Shown here one piece after another: positions 10,914 through 21,640 of a stretch of 55,980 bases of DNA. The position numbers and the translations under genes were made by a program. The notes under the pieces are model-generated. The model saw only the letters and a program-made list of their open reading frames with translations. It did not search any database and was not told where the DNA came from. Source of the DNA: Chara braunii (lineage: Eukaryota; Plantae; Charophyceae); the NCBI GenBank assembly GCA_003427395.1, contig BFEA01000017.1, forward strand, positions 5,718,181-5,774,160, read 5' to 3'. How positions within the stretch are numbered: position 1 is the stretch's first letter; every line of letters begins with the position of its first letter.

Positions 10914-12356
10914 GGTGATGCTCCCCACCAACAGAAAGGATCCGCTTATTTGAAAAACAAAAAGATAGAAAATAGGGAAGGGAAAAGAATAAGAATACTC
11001 CAAACCACACATGGGGGAAGATTACCTATCATCGTATTGGCGACATACGACTGAATGACATCTCGAACCGCTACAGCCTAAATATGCAGAATGTGCTCGG
11101 AAAGCCAACCTGAAAATGTGGTCCTCTCCGTACTCTTCTGTTGGGAAGCCAAATGGTTTGGGGACAAAGCTCTGGGACCCTGGGACTCTGTCACTCCCTC
11201 TCCCCCCCTTCCTCCCCCCCCCTCTTCCTCCCCCCCCCTCTCCCTCTCCCTTCCATCCCTGCAGATTCTGCTAACACTCAATGTCTGGACATCACTACTG
11301 AAACCTGAAAGGACTTGTTTGAGCTGATATAGAAGGCGACTTTGTATTCAAACTTGAGTCTGTTTTTTTTTGTTTTTTTTTTGTTACACACAACACTCAC
11401 ACAGCCCCTTCTATTGTGGGGGATGACAGTTCAGTTGCTTATCACCGGCAAGCATGAAACAGAGAGGAAGAAAGAGTAGAGGGGGGACCAGTGGCTGGTA
11501 CTGGAGGCCCTGGCGTCCCAGACTGGGATCCGTCAGTAACCGCTGTGCTTCAGCTGAGAGGAGAGGGAGAAGGATCAGCAAGCAGGAGATCTTGGGGGTA
11601 TCAAGCGTTTACTGACCTTCACCCTTCTTGTCTCTGCATAACCACAGTCATTGCAGGTCTGCACGACCTTTATGATCATGTAGGACCGTTTTTAACTTAA
11701 TATCTAGAGCAAGTCATGCTGGCCACCTTGGCTATGATTAAGGTTTCTGCAGCGATTCAAGCCTTCTAGCCTCTTGCACACCGAACACCTGCATGAGATG
11801 CTCAGAGCAGGTCTGTATTCCAACAGTTCATGGACCAACTGAGCTAGGCCCGTTGGTAAGAATGCTTCATCCCTGAGATCCATCCACAGCCCACATCTGC
11901 TAAGCGGCTCTCGGCCCTGTTCGGCTGTCTGATATCCAGATCATACCTAGAGCGAGATAGACCAGAAAAAAAAAAGGGGTCTTGGCACGTCTTTGGAGGG
12001 TTGTGGAATAGAGTTCAACTCATTCCTACTCTTTAGTGACGAGCGAAACAGTGCAAGCAGGAGGGACACATGCCAATTCGGATCTTCATTAAGGGGTTTA
12101 AGGGGAGAGCAGGAGATTAAGCATGCGCCAGGCCTAAAAGGCAGAAAAGCTATCACAAGCAGGAGGGACACAGGCCAAGAAGGATAGCACCACGAAGGGT
12201 AGACGGCTACGCAGGTTAAGTAGGCGAGGGTCAGTGAGCAGCGCCAGGGTACAAGGATATCAGGGACGATGGGCACCGGAATGGAAGCAGGCTAAGCAGG
12301 CTTCGCAGGCTCAGTAGCCGAGGGTTTCAGAATAGGGTAAGGGTTTAAGGGTTTGA

Positions 12357-12522
12357 AGCACCAGTACACCACATATAGGCCCGCGGGTGTCAGCATGAAA
12401 CCTGCACCACTTCGGAGGCCGTCGATTTTTTTTTGCAACGGCAGGCCTGGTCGCACGGCGCCTCCGAGTTTTGCTTGTGGCGACAAAAACTTTCTGCAAG
12501 GCTGGGGCCGTGTACTAGCGGT
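12357..12522. mobile_element. ACCAC..GTGGT MITE, inverted homolog of 8615-8793
   Basis: Shares GCAAGGCTGGGGCCG..GTACTAG with that copy; TTGA and TTAA flanks. Confidence 0.65.
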
Positions 12523-13039
12523 TTAAGGGTTTAAGTCTTAAGGACACCGGGGAGGGGGGGCAGAGGGACAGGGCAAGTCACTGGGAACAATTTAGTACAA
12601 ACACACAAGCAGCCAACGCTGCCTATCAACAAGGGAAGTGAAGCAGAACAGCAGCCCAAGGAAAAAAACACAACGGAACTCAATATGAAAGAAGATGACA
12701 TGAGTGTTACTTTCATGGCGCGGTCACCTTCCTCTCAACTGCACCTTAACTCACACTATTAAGGTTCTTAACCCTTCTACTCATACGCCACTCAGATTGA
12801 GCTAATGATCTAATACCCAACCTACTCTTTTATAGCATCAAAAATCACTTCAAAATTCAAATCCCATTTCCCACTTCTCCCACTGTCCCCTTTCCCATTT
12901 CGAACCCGCTGGTATCCACCCCCACTGGTCGCATTACTTGAGGACTCCGAAAAGAAAAGAATAGAAAAAGAAAAAGAAACGAAAATTGAAAAACGCTGTA
13001 ACGCAGCCGTGGGTAGACGGCTCAGCAAAGTAGTGATGC

Positions 13040-13490
13040 TCTTCACGTATGCGGCTTCTTGAGGCCGTGGCCATGAAACAACAATCCCCTTGAGGGCACG
13101 ATATCAGATTCCTGTGCGTAGTCCAACACTGACATGAGCCACTGCATCACTGTCTGCGGTATGTCGCTCAAAAAAAATTGTAGGTGAAGAAGCTTCAAGA
13201 GTGCCACGTCGGGCCCAGGGTGCCCGGTACGGTACAGAAGCTTCAAGAGTGCCACGTCGGGCCCAGGGTGCCCGGTACGGTACTATCTTCCATGGAGAGG
13301 GTACGTCACCACTTTCAGCAGTCTGATCCAAAAGGACGTTTGCAGTCTTCGACACACCCACCGTACCCCAGCAATAACCACCTTGGCAGGGTAGCCGATT
13401 TTCCTCAATTCTTCGGCCAGCGTAAGAATGCTGCAGCACATCAAGCTGTCACAGTTGGAATTCTGGGAGATCCATTTGAGACCTTCGCGT
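13040..13490 (-). mobile_element. Penelope-like element 3' fragment
   Basis: Minus frame 'SILTLAEELRKIGYPAKVVIAGVRWVC' resembles the PLE RT C-terminal 'EL..xGYP' motif; it also has a 49-bp internal tandem duplication (~13188-13283). Confidence 0.45.
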
Positions 13491-13629
13491 TTTTTTCAGC
13501 AGGTGTTGCTCCCCACCAATAGATGGAGCCTTCACAGGCTGGGGCTCTTATCACCTCGCTAAGCAGGATCCCCCAGCCCACAAAGCTTCCCCCCCCCCCC
13601 ACCTCCACCCCCCCCAAAAAAAAGTCCAT

Positions 13630-14300
13630 TCAGATCTTCATTTCATTCTTTTTTTATATTCATTTCATTCCTTTTTTATATTCATTTCATTCTTTTTTTT
13701 ATTCATTTCATTCTTCTTTTTATTTTCATTTCATTCTTTTTTTATATTCATTTCATTCTTTTTTATTTTTTTTTGAGTCCAGGTTGTTGTAGAGGTTGGA
13801 AGCCGGAGTATGACAGTCACCATCCGTAATCGGCCATTAGGTTATCTAGATGGTCTACAGAAGGCCCCATTCCTTATGAGACTCCCTCCTGTCACTCACT
13901 CTCATCATTTCCCCCTGGCACACCCCTACTCCCACAATCCTACCTCAGTGTCTACCACTCAGCATCTCAATGGCAGTGACCCGACCGGACAGTGTTTGTA
14001 GGCACCATGGCTAAGCAGGAACAACCCAGCTCAACTCTGATTCAAACACGGTCGGACAAACCCTGCCGTATGGGTACTTCGAGTGCTAGGTATGGACATT
14101 CTTCTACAGGCCCCATAGGTGGACTCGTTCCTATCCTGTCCACCTGGCCAAGTCGTTCTTGTGTTGTTTGTTACATGTACCACTGTAATTGACACCCAGA
14201 GGTTCTAGGCTATTATCAGTAGATGTATGGCCACCATCCGCCCTTCTACCTGTAGACATCCCGCTAGACCCCTCTCTAGTCACGTTGTTGTGGTTGTGCT

Positions 14301-14331
<31 letters not shown>

Positions 14332-15185
14332 NTTCCCTTTCTTTCTTTCTTTCTTTAAGTCCAGGGTGTTGTAGAGGCCAGTCAGTGAGTACACAGTGAT
14401 CACCTGGAGCTGTGAGCCGCGGTTGTCCTGGAATATGAGACCACCTCCCATCCCATCCTCATGTCAATACTCCTAGCACACCCCCTATCCCACTATCCTA
14501 CCTCAGTATGACCAGCACTCAGGACCATTGCCCTACCAATGGGCAAGCAACTTGGACCGAACAGCAGTGATAGGCACCAGGGCTGATAGGTTGCCCAGCC
14601 CTGGTGGAAGAGGAATCGGACGAGCCTTGTTGTGCTGTTGTTATTCTGGTCATTGTTGGTTGTTATGATTGTGACCCAGAGGTTCTAGCCTATTATCAGT
14701 AGATGTGCGGCCACCACCCGCCCCTCTACATATGCATGTCCTGCTAGACCCCTCTCTAGTCACGATGTCATGGTTATGCTATTGTTATTTGTTCTGATCG
14801 TTGTTGGTTGTGTTCTATTTGTCGATGGGGGAAGCAGGCAATCCCACCAGTATCTATCCCAAGGACAGCCCCTACTGCGAGATCCGCCCTAGAGTCCACA
14901 TTCAGAGCAGCACCGGTCTCCGTCATTGGTACGTACTAGGCCACCATCCATTCCTCTTACCTCTATCATTGAGCAGGCTTACCACGGTATTATCCCCCAG
15001 GGAGGCCCTACTTCAGGGCCTTCCCACCTAATCCGCCACTAATCGGAACCCCCCTATCCATCCCACCTGTGGCCCTAGCCCTAAGGTAACCAACTTGCGT
15101 GATCTACCCCTCCACAATACCCCTACCCACATCCCATGCACCTCTGTACAAGTATAATCTGCCTGGCCCGATCAGATTCAAACCC
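13630..15185 (-). mobile_element. Two related A-tailed retroposed non-coding segments in tandem (~13630-14300 and ~14303-15185)
   Basis: Both begin with a T-rich tail plus GTCCAGG.TGTTGTAGAGG and share the block AGAGGTTCTAG...CTAGACCCCTCTCTAGTCAC. Confidence 0.6.
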
Positions 15186-15189
15186 TCGA

Positions 15190-17610
15190 CTTTTTTCTTT
15201 TACCTTTTTTTTTTGGTAGACAAAAACAAGCTCCGATCTATTCGTGGGGAGCATCACGTGCTGAGAACCGGGCTCAGTGTCCCTTATGAAACTGTATAGA
15301 ATACATGAACATGAGATGGGATGACAAGGCCACCGTGCTGGAAACTGGGTCCGGTGTCCATTGCCATGATCTGAATGAGCCTGTCCACAGGAATCCGCCT
15401 CTTCATCCTTCTTACCAGATGCCAGATCCTACCCAGAAGAATAGCAGATCCTGTTCTCTTCAAACGGCTAGAAACCGGGTCCAGCGTCCCATTTTCTCCA
15501 GCTTCCCAGGCCAGGCCTGGAGGCTAGACGGGGCCACTGGGGGGCACCGGTGGAACCATCTTGGCTCCCTGCCCGCTGGGTCGGTTCCTTTTGGGCGCCA
15601 GTCTTTAGGCTGACTCCAACGAATAAAAAAGAGTAAAAGGAATAGAAAACGTCAAAAGCTGGAAACCGGGTCCAGCGTCCCTTGCCTTTCCCTTTATTTC
15701 TATAGATCTACTGCCGGGGAACAGGTGCAGCATCCTCTGCTCAGGATACCAACAGTCCTGCTGGGAACCGGGCTCAGCGTCCCAGATGATTAGAGGGGCT
15801 AGGTAATGATTACAACAACCAATAGGTAAAAGACAAGCAGAGCATCAGTGCAAAAGACCCCCTGGGCCTGCCAGACCCCTCTCATGTCCATACCTCTAGT
15901 GACAGTGGGTGGGGCGGGAAGAGGTCCAGGAAGTCATCTGCCGGTCTCAGTGGGATGGTTTGGTCAACCACTAGCCAGTTCTTGAACCAAAGGCGATAGT
16001 CCCTCGGGACCACCACCTCTATCCTCTCCATCCCCCGCATTCCCCCCTTCCTGTGCTCCTGACCAGAGCACGCCCGCCACCCACCCACCCCGCTTCCCCC
16101 CCAGCCACTCCTTGGAGAACCGTGTAATTCTTTGCGCTCTCTCCTTAGGTCTATGGAGAGAGACTAGGGTCTGTTTGGTTTCCCCTCACTGCTGGGAGAG
16201 TCCCATCTGAACATGCTGCTTAAACTGTTCCAACCTCTCCTCCCCCTCTACCCAGAGCACAGTGTTGCCAACACAGCACCCATTGGACTGTTCGCCTCAC
16301 CAAATGGAACATATTTGCTGTGAAGACCTCTCCCTGGAGTGCTGGGCAATGCCTTCGCAGAATCGCTCTCCAGTCCCACGGCCACGAAAGGTGAGGGACT
16401 ATTTGCCTCAAGATCCTATCCCACCATCTCCATCTGAGGACCACTGCCGGGCATTGCAGGAAAATGCGTTCGACAATCCGGCTCTCTTTCGTATCGGAAA
16501 ATTTGTCAGGCACCTTGGGCACCGTGGGAGAGCCCGACCCTGCTGTTGCAACTGTGAGTGGTCCATTATCCAGTGGTTGGTGGGGAGGCACCGATGCGCA
16601 ACTTGCAGGGATGTGATCTTGGCAGGCCTGCATTTGCTGTCTCGGAACCAGCGTATGGGCATGAGAAGCTGCCTGTCCACATTTAGGTGTTCTTGCCACC
16701 TTTCGATTACCACGTCCCTCAGGTTCCTTCTGACCCTAAGCATCCTATAGGCAGCTTTCGCCGAGAGGTCTGAGAGAAGCTTAGGGATGATTTTGTTGCT
16801 GCTGTTGCATCCGGTCGGCTCCCATGTCCATTCTAAGGGCTCAAGGGGTAGGCTAGCAAGCGCAGTTTCTGGCCAGAAAGCCCGCCGCTCTTCACCTTGG
16901 CCCAGGACCCTAACTCTGTACAGCGTCCTTATCGATCCACACAAAGGAGTCGCCACTCCCCACCAGCCTGCCGTTCCTCTCTACTCTATACCATTCAATC
17001 AGCGCCCTCCACCTTACTAAGTGGATCAGCCCAACTCGGTTGGTCGTTCCCTCCTGGGCCACCCGGTCTCCCTCTTGTAGCAGGGTGACCTCCACGTAAG
17101 ATTAGGAATCATCCCACAGGGAAGGCTTCCGTGATTTCCTCCAATGCTAGCTCAATGTTATGGAAGTAACCGAGCTTCTCTCTCAACTGTTCCGGCTTCT
17201 TCCAATCCCTATTATCGCTATCCGATAAGTGGCCCTATTCCAGGGAGCATCCCTCATTATGGCCAGAGGGAACCCTTACAATGTTGACTCCTCCGTATTG
17301 GAGGATGGACTGCCCACCATGTTGTAGAGGTCAGATTCCAGACACGCGCTGGTTGCAGTCTCAGTCAGCCATTGGTTATCTTGCCAATTACGAGGCTACC
17401 TGAGTCCCAACCCATCCTTTCGTCTTTTTTTTTTTTTTAGGTCCTAGCGCAATCTTTTGAACAGCCCATGTCCGCCTAAAAAGGCTGCCTGAACAATCAT
17501 TCACATCTAGAACGGTTGGTTAGTTAATGAAGTCCTCTCTGAAAACGCAGACGTGCAGGGACTAGCCCTGGCCACAGTCTGGGTGCGGCTTTTGAACATG
17601 TCCGCCACCT
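15190..17610 (-). mobile_element. 5'-truncated L1/Tx1-like LINE
   Basis: Frameshifted ORF2 C-terminus ('HRCLPTN..CPRC..FLQC..WRWW'), homologous to 3965-4564 and 42727-43504; 3' cassette 15230-15283; A tail. Confidence 0.88.
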
Positions 17611-17908
17611 AGAGTGGGCCCTTGTGCCTCCTTCTTGCTCACATATCCGGTTGTCTCAAAAGGACATGCTTCGGACTATGCTCGATTGCGCGGACTCCTG
17701 GACTACCTCATGTTGCCACAGTGCAATGATTCGTGTTTTTTATACCGACCTTACTGTGTTCCACACACGCATGCACCATTGCACAATCTCCACAAGATAC
17801 AGGTAAGATCCACACGATGTGAGCACACTTGAAAACTATTGACAAACTTGTGATATGCAACATGTCAATCAGGCTTTGCGGCCATGACTGCCGTCATCAT
17901 CACCAAGC

Positions 17909-17982
<74 letters not shown>

Positions 17983-18967
17983 NNNNNNNNNNNNNNNNNN
18001 NNNNNNNNNNNNNNNNNNNNNNNNNNNNNNNNNNNNNNNNNNNNNNNNNNNNNNNNNNNNNNNNNNNNNNNNNNNNNNNNNNNNNNNNNNNNNNNNNNNN
18101 NNNNNNNNNNNNNNNNNNNNNNNNNNNNNNNNNNNNNNNNNNNNNNNNNNNNNNNNNNNNNNNNNNNNNNNNNNNNNNNNNNNNNNNNNNNNNNNNNNNN
18201 NNNNNNNNNNNNNNNNNNNNNNNNNNNNNNNNNNNNNNNNNNNNNNNNNNNNNNNNNNNNNNNNNNNNNNNNNNNNNNNNNNNNNNNNNNNNNNNNNNNN
18301 NNNNNNNNNNNNNNNNNNNNNNNNNNNNNNNNNNNNNNNNNNNNNNNNNNNNNNNNNNNNNNNNNNNNNNNNNNNNNNNNNNNNNNNNNNNNNNNNNNNN
18401 NNNNNNNNNNNNNNNNNNNNNNNNNNNNNNNNNNNNNNNNNNNNNNNNNNNNNNNNNNNNNNNNNNNNNNNNNNNNNNNNNNNNNNNNNNNNNNNNNNNN
18501 NNNNNNNNNNNNNNNNNNNNNNNNNNNNNNNNNNNNNNNNNNNNNNNNNNNNNNNNNNNNNNNNNNNNNNNNNNNNNNNNNNNNNNNNNNNNNNNNNNNN
18601 NNNNNNNNNNNNNNNNNNNNNNNNNNNNNNNNNNNNNNNNNNNNNNNNNNNNNNNNNNNNNNNNNNNNNNNNNNNNNNNNNNNNNNNNNNNNNNNNNNNN
18701 NNNNNNNNNNNNNNNNNNNNNNNNNNNNNNNNNNNNNNNNNNNNNNNNNNNNNNNNNNNNNNNNNNNNNNNNNNNNNNNNNNNNNNNNNNNNNNNNNNNN
18801 NNNNNNNNNNNNNNNNNNNNNNNNNNNNNNNNNNNNNNNNNNNNNNNNNNNNNNNNNNNNNNNNNNNNNNNNNNNNNNNNNNNNNNNNNNNNNNNNNNNN
18901 NNNNNNNNNNNNNNNNNNNNNNNNNNNNNNNNNNNNNNNNNNNNNNNNNNNNNNNNNNNNNNNNNNN
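17983..18967. other. Assembly gap (others at 30257-31176, 32837-32877 and 45944-46708)
   Basis: Runs of N, mostly next to (CT/GA)n tracts. Confidence 1.
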
Positions 18968-19127
18968 GGGTAAAGGAGTGCCAGTAGGCTCTCCTGTCCA
19001 GGATTCTGCAATTGGAAATTCCCAATGGTTGTTGCCACGTGCTGGTTTGCCAACTTGTCATAAATGACTCGAGCTTCTGTCAACATAGAATGAAGTTTGT
19101 TTTTTTCGTTCTGGTTTCTACCTCTTC

Positions 19128-19160
<33 letters not shown>

Positions 19161-19213
19161 TTCTTCTTCTTCTTCTTCTTCTTCTTCTTCTTCTTCTTCT
19201 TCTTCTTCTTCTT

Positions 19214-19273
<60 letters not shown>

Positions 19274-19557
19274 CTTCTTCTTCTTCAATTCATATTTAGC
19301 TACGAGCAATCTATGTTTTCTATCTCTAATGACTTGATTTGACATATGGCTAAACTTCTTTCTGTTAAAACCCACTCCACAAAATGGAAGTTTTTCCAAA
19401 CAACCTTCTTTTGTTAAAAAGAACAGCAAAAAAAAAAGAATGGGGTCTTGGTTAACGGCGAAGTGAGCGGAGACCATATGGTGTATTCAGAGGTAGAGAT
19501 TGGGAGGATTGACCATACGACGTATTTAGACCATACTTTGGGACAAGGTTAAGTCTG

Positions 19558-19620
19558 ACCTTTTTCAGCCATTTGGCTAAGATCAAGTGTAATATATGTT
19601 CTGGTCAGTTCAATATCTGA
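19558..19620 (+). pseudogene. U2 snRNA 5' fragment (pseudogene)
   Basis: ACCTTTTTCAGCCATTTGGCTAAGATCAAGTGTAATATATGTTCTGGTCAGTTCAATATCTGA aligns to plant U2 nt ~3-65, with a mutated branch-point recognition sequence; the 3' two-thirds are absent. Confidence 0.85.
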
Positions 19621-19847
19621 AGAAAGGGGAGGGGGGGAAGCTGGACTCTGACATCTGAGAATTGTGGAGTTGAGCACAGACTGTCACCAGCCCTGGACTG
19701 CTCCCATGCAGAGGGTGGGGACACCCATCAACTGGGCAGTGCGCTCTCATATGATGTATTCAAAGCTGCTTCACTGGTAGAGTTTGGGAGGGACATGGCG
19801 TTGACTTCCATGGATATTGAGGTGGCAGGCTGTACATTTTTGGAAAG

Positions 19848-20149
19848 AACTGACATTTCGTTAAAACTGACATTTTTTCCTAAATTCACCAAAGTGAACT
19901 TATTCAAAATTTTATTGCTCATTGGGTGAGAAAGTGGTTATCTCACTTTGTCCATCTGATGTACCTCAACGTAAAGTACCGTTAACATACATCCGATGAT
20001 CAGATCATCGAGAGTTGCCACGACACCCGATGATCTGATCATCCGACGTCATGGGGACAAAAAAACACAAAATTGAAAAAACGCTATTTTTTTGTACGCT
20101 CAATTTTGTGAATTTAGAAAAACATGTCAGTTTTAACGAAATGTGAGTT
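19848..20149. mobile_element. Unclassified MITE with AACT..AGTT ends and 4-bp TSD
   Basis: TIR AACTGACATTTCGTTAAAACTGACAT; TSD AAAG (19844-19847 and 20150-20153). Confidence 0.85.
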
Positions 20150-20512
20150 AAAGAGGAGTGGGTTGTAAGGAGAGGCTATAACGAATCTCGGTACTGGATA
20201 AGCGAGGAAAATGAACAAAGTCTCAGCAGTTCCGTGATGGACGCGAGCAAAGTGAGGCATATGGAGCTCGCTTGCTTGCATGAGGACATGACAGGTTGCC
20301 TATGCATATGGATAGAATGGGAGGAGGCATCCATGACATTAAGTCTGCAAGCCAGTATTGGGAGGTCCACTTTCATGCGTCAATCAGTCGTTCAGATTCA
20401 GATACATATGCTATGGTGCACACCAATGCACCATGAGATAACACACGACATGAAAGGGCACAGGTGGCGCTTGTAAGGTCATCATTAAGAAAGCGCATAA
20501 GTTCTGGCGATA

Positions 20513-20559
20513 GACCCGACCGGTTTCTACCAGTCGCCTGTCTGGCGTCATCAGGGGTC
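20513..20559 (-). ncRNA. Minimal type I hammerhead ribozyme in the PLE pseudo-LTR
   Basis: Minus strand GACCC-CTGATGA-C-GCCAG(acaggcga)CTGGT-A-GAAA-CCGG-TC/GGGTC: intact core, stem I GACCC/GGGTC and palindromic stem III. A degenerate copy lies at ~26237-26283. Confidence 0.8.
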
Positions 20560-20825
20560 AACCTGGCAGGGAAGGGAAAAAGTACGACAATGTCAAGAAA
20601 TGGATGTATATGCACTTCAAGCCACTAGTTCTTACGAGAATACTACAAACGGTCCTAGAAGCACAGTACACCAGTAGGGCCTATTCTAGAAAGTCCCAAA
20701 CAACCAGTCACGGTTCCATGAAAAACCCGAGAAACGTTCTATCTCGCAAAAATGCCAAAAACCTAATTAAAGGAATAAAAAGACCCAGAACCAGTACCTG
20801 TAACACAACCCTTCACCGTACCCAT

Positions 20826-21110
20826 CCAATCAAACACTTAACCCAATCACCCCACATATTATTAAATCTAGCAGAAAAATTCATAGGAGACTTGTCGAAA
20901 AATAAATCCGGAAAAACCTCCCAATCAAACACTTAACCCAATCACCCCACATATTATTAAATCTAGCAGAAAAATTCATAGGAGACTTGTCGAAAAATAA
21001 ATCCGGAAAAACCTCCCAATCAAACACTTAACCCAATCACCCCACATATTATTAAATCTAGCAGAAAAATTCATAGGAGACTTGTCGAAAAATAAATCCA
21101 GAAAAACCTC
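20826..21110 (+). repeat. 95-bp tandem repeat, 3 copies
   Basis: Near-identical units start at 20826, 20921 and 21016; the other pseudo-LTR has a single copy (~28303-28405). Confidence 0.9.
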
Positions 21111-21311
21111 TCAATTGCAATTTCTATTTTCAGCATAAACACAGAAACACAAATTTGTACCAGGCATACAATAAAGTGTCTTAAGGCGGTGTAAAAAGGC
21201 ACTGATTATGCCATCTTCTGCTGCTTTGACAGGTATGAACCGTAGTCTTGGAGCTTCTGAAAGATAATACCCCCATGGAGAAGAAACCTCTCATTCAAGC
21301 CTTTGAAACAC

Positions 21312-21640
21312 AACTCACATTTCGTTAAAACTGACATTTTTTTCTAAATTCACGAAATTGAGCGTATAAAAAAATAGCATTTTTTGTGTTTTTTTGTCCC
21401 CATGACATCGGATGATCAGATCATCGGGTGTCGTGGCAACTCCCGATGATCTGATCATCGGGTGTCATGGCAACTCCCGATGATCTGATCATCGGATGTA
21501 TGTTAACGGTACTTTATGTTGAGGTACATCAGATGGACAAAGTGAGATAACCACTTTCTCACCCAATGAGCAATGAAATTTTGACTAAGTTCACTTTCGT
21601 GAGTTTGGAAAAAAATGTCAGTTTTAACGAAATGTCAGTT
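21312..21640. mobile_element. Second copy of the same MITE, inverted, inserted in the Penelope RT ORF
   Basis: Reverse complement of 19848-20149 with an extra internal duplication; TSD ACAC (21308-21311 and 21641-21644). Confidence 0.85.

Noticed and set aside
14679-14690. AGAGGTTCTAGC, identical to the start of preQ1-I riboswitches
   Set aside because: There is no nearby P1 partner or A-rich tail; it pairs with a distant arm of a larger hairpin in a eukaryotic retroposon.
15230-15783. Repeat-spacer pattern read as a CRISPR array
   Set aside because: Spacer lengths are irregular, the repeats are diverged, there are no cas genes, and the context is a LINE 3' UTR.
19848-21640. One composite 1.8-kb transposon with 300-bp TIRs
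   Set aside because: Each 300-bp unit has its own TIRs and its own distinct TSD, so they are independent insertions.
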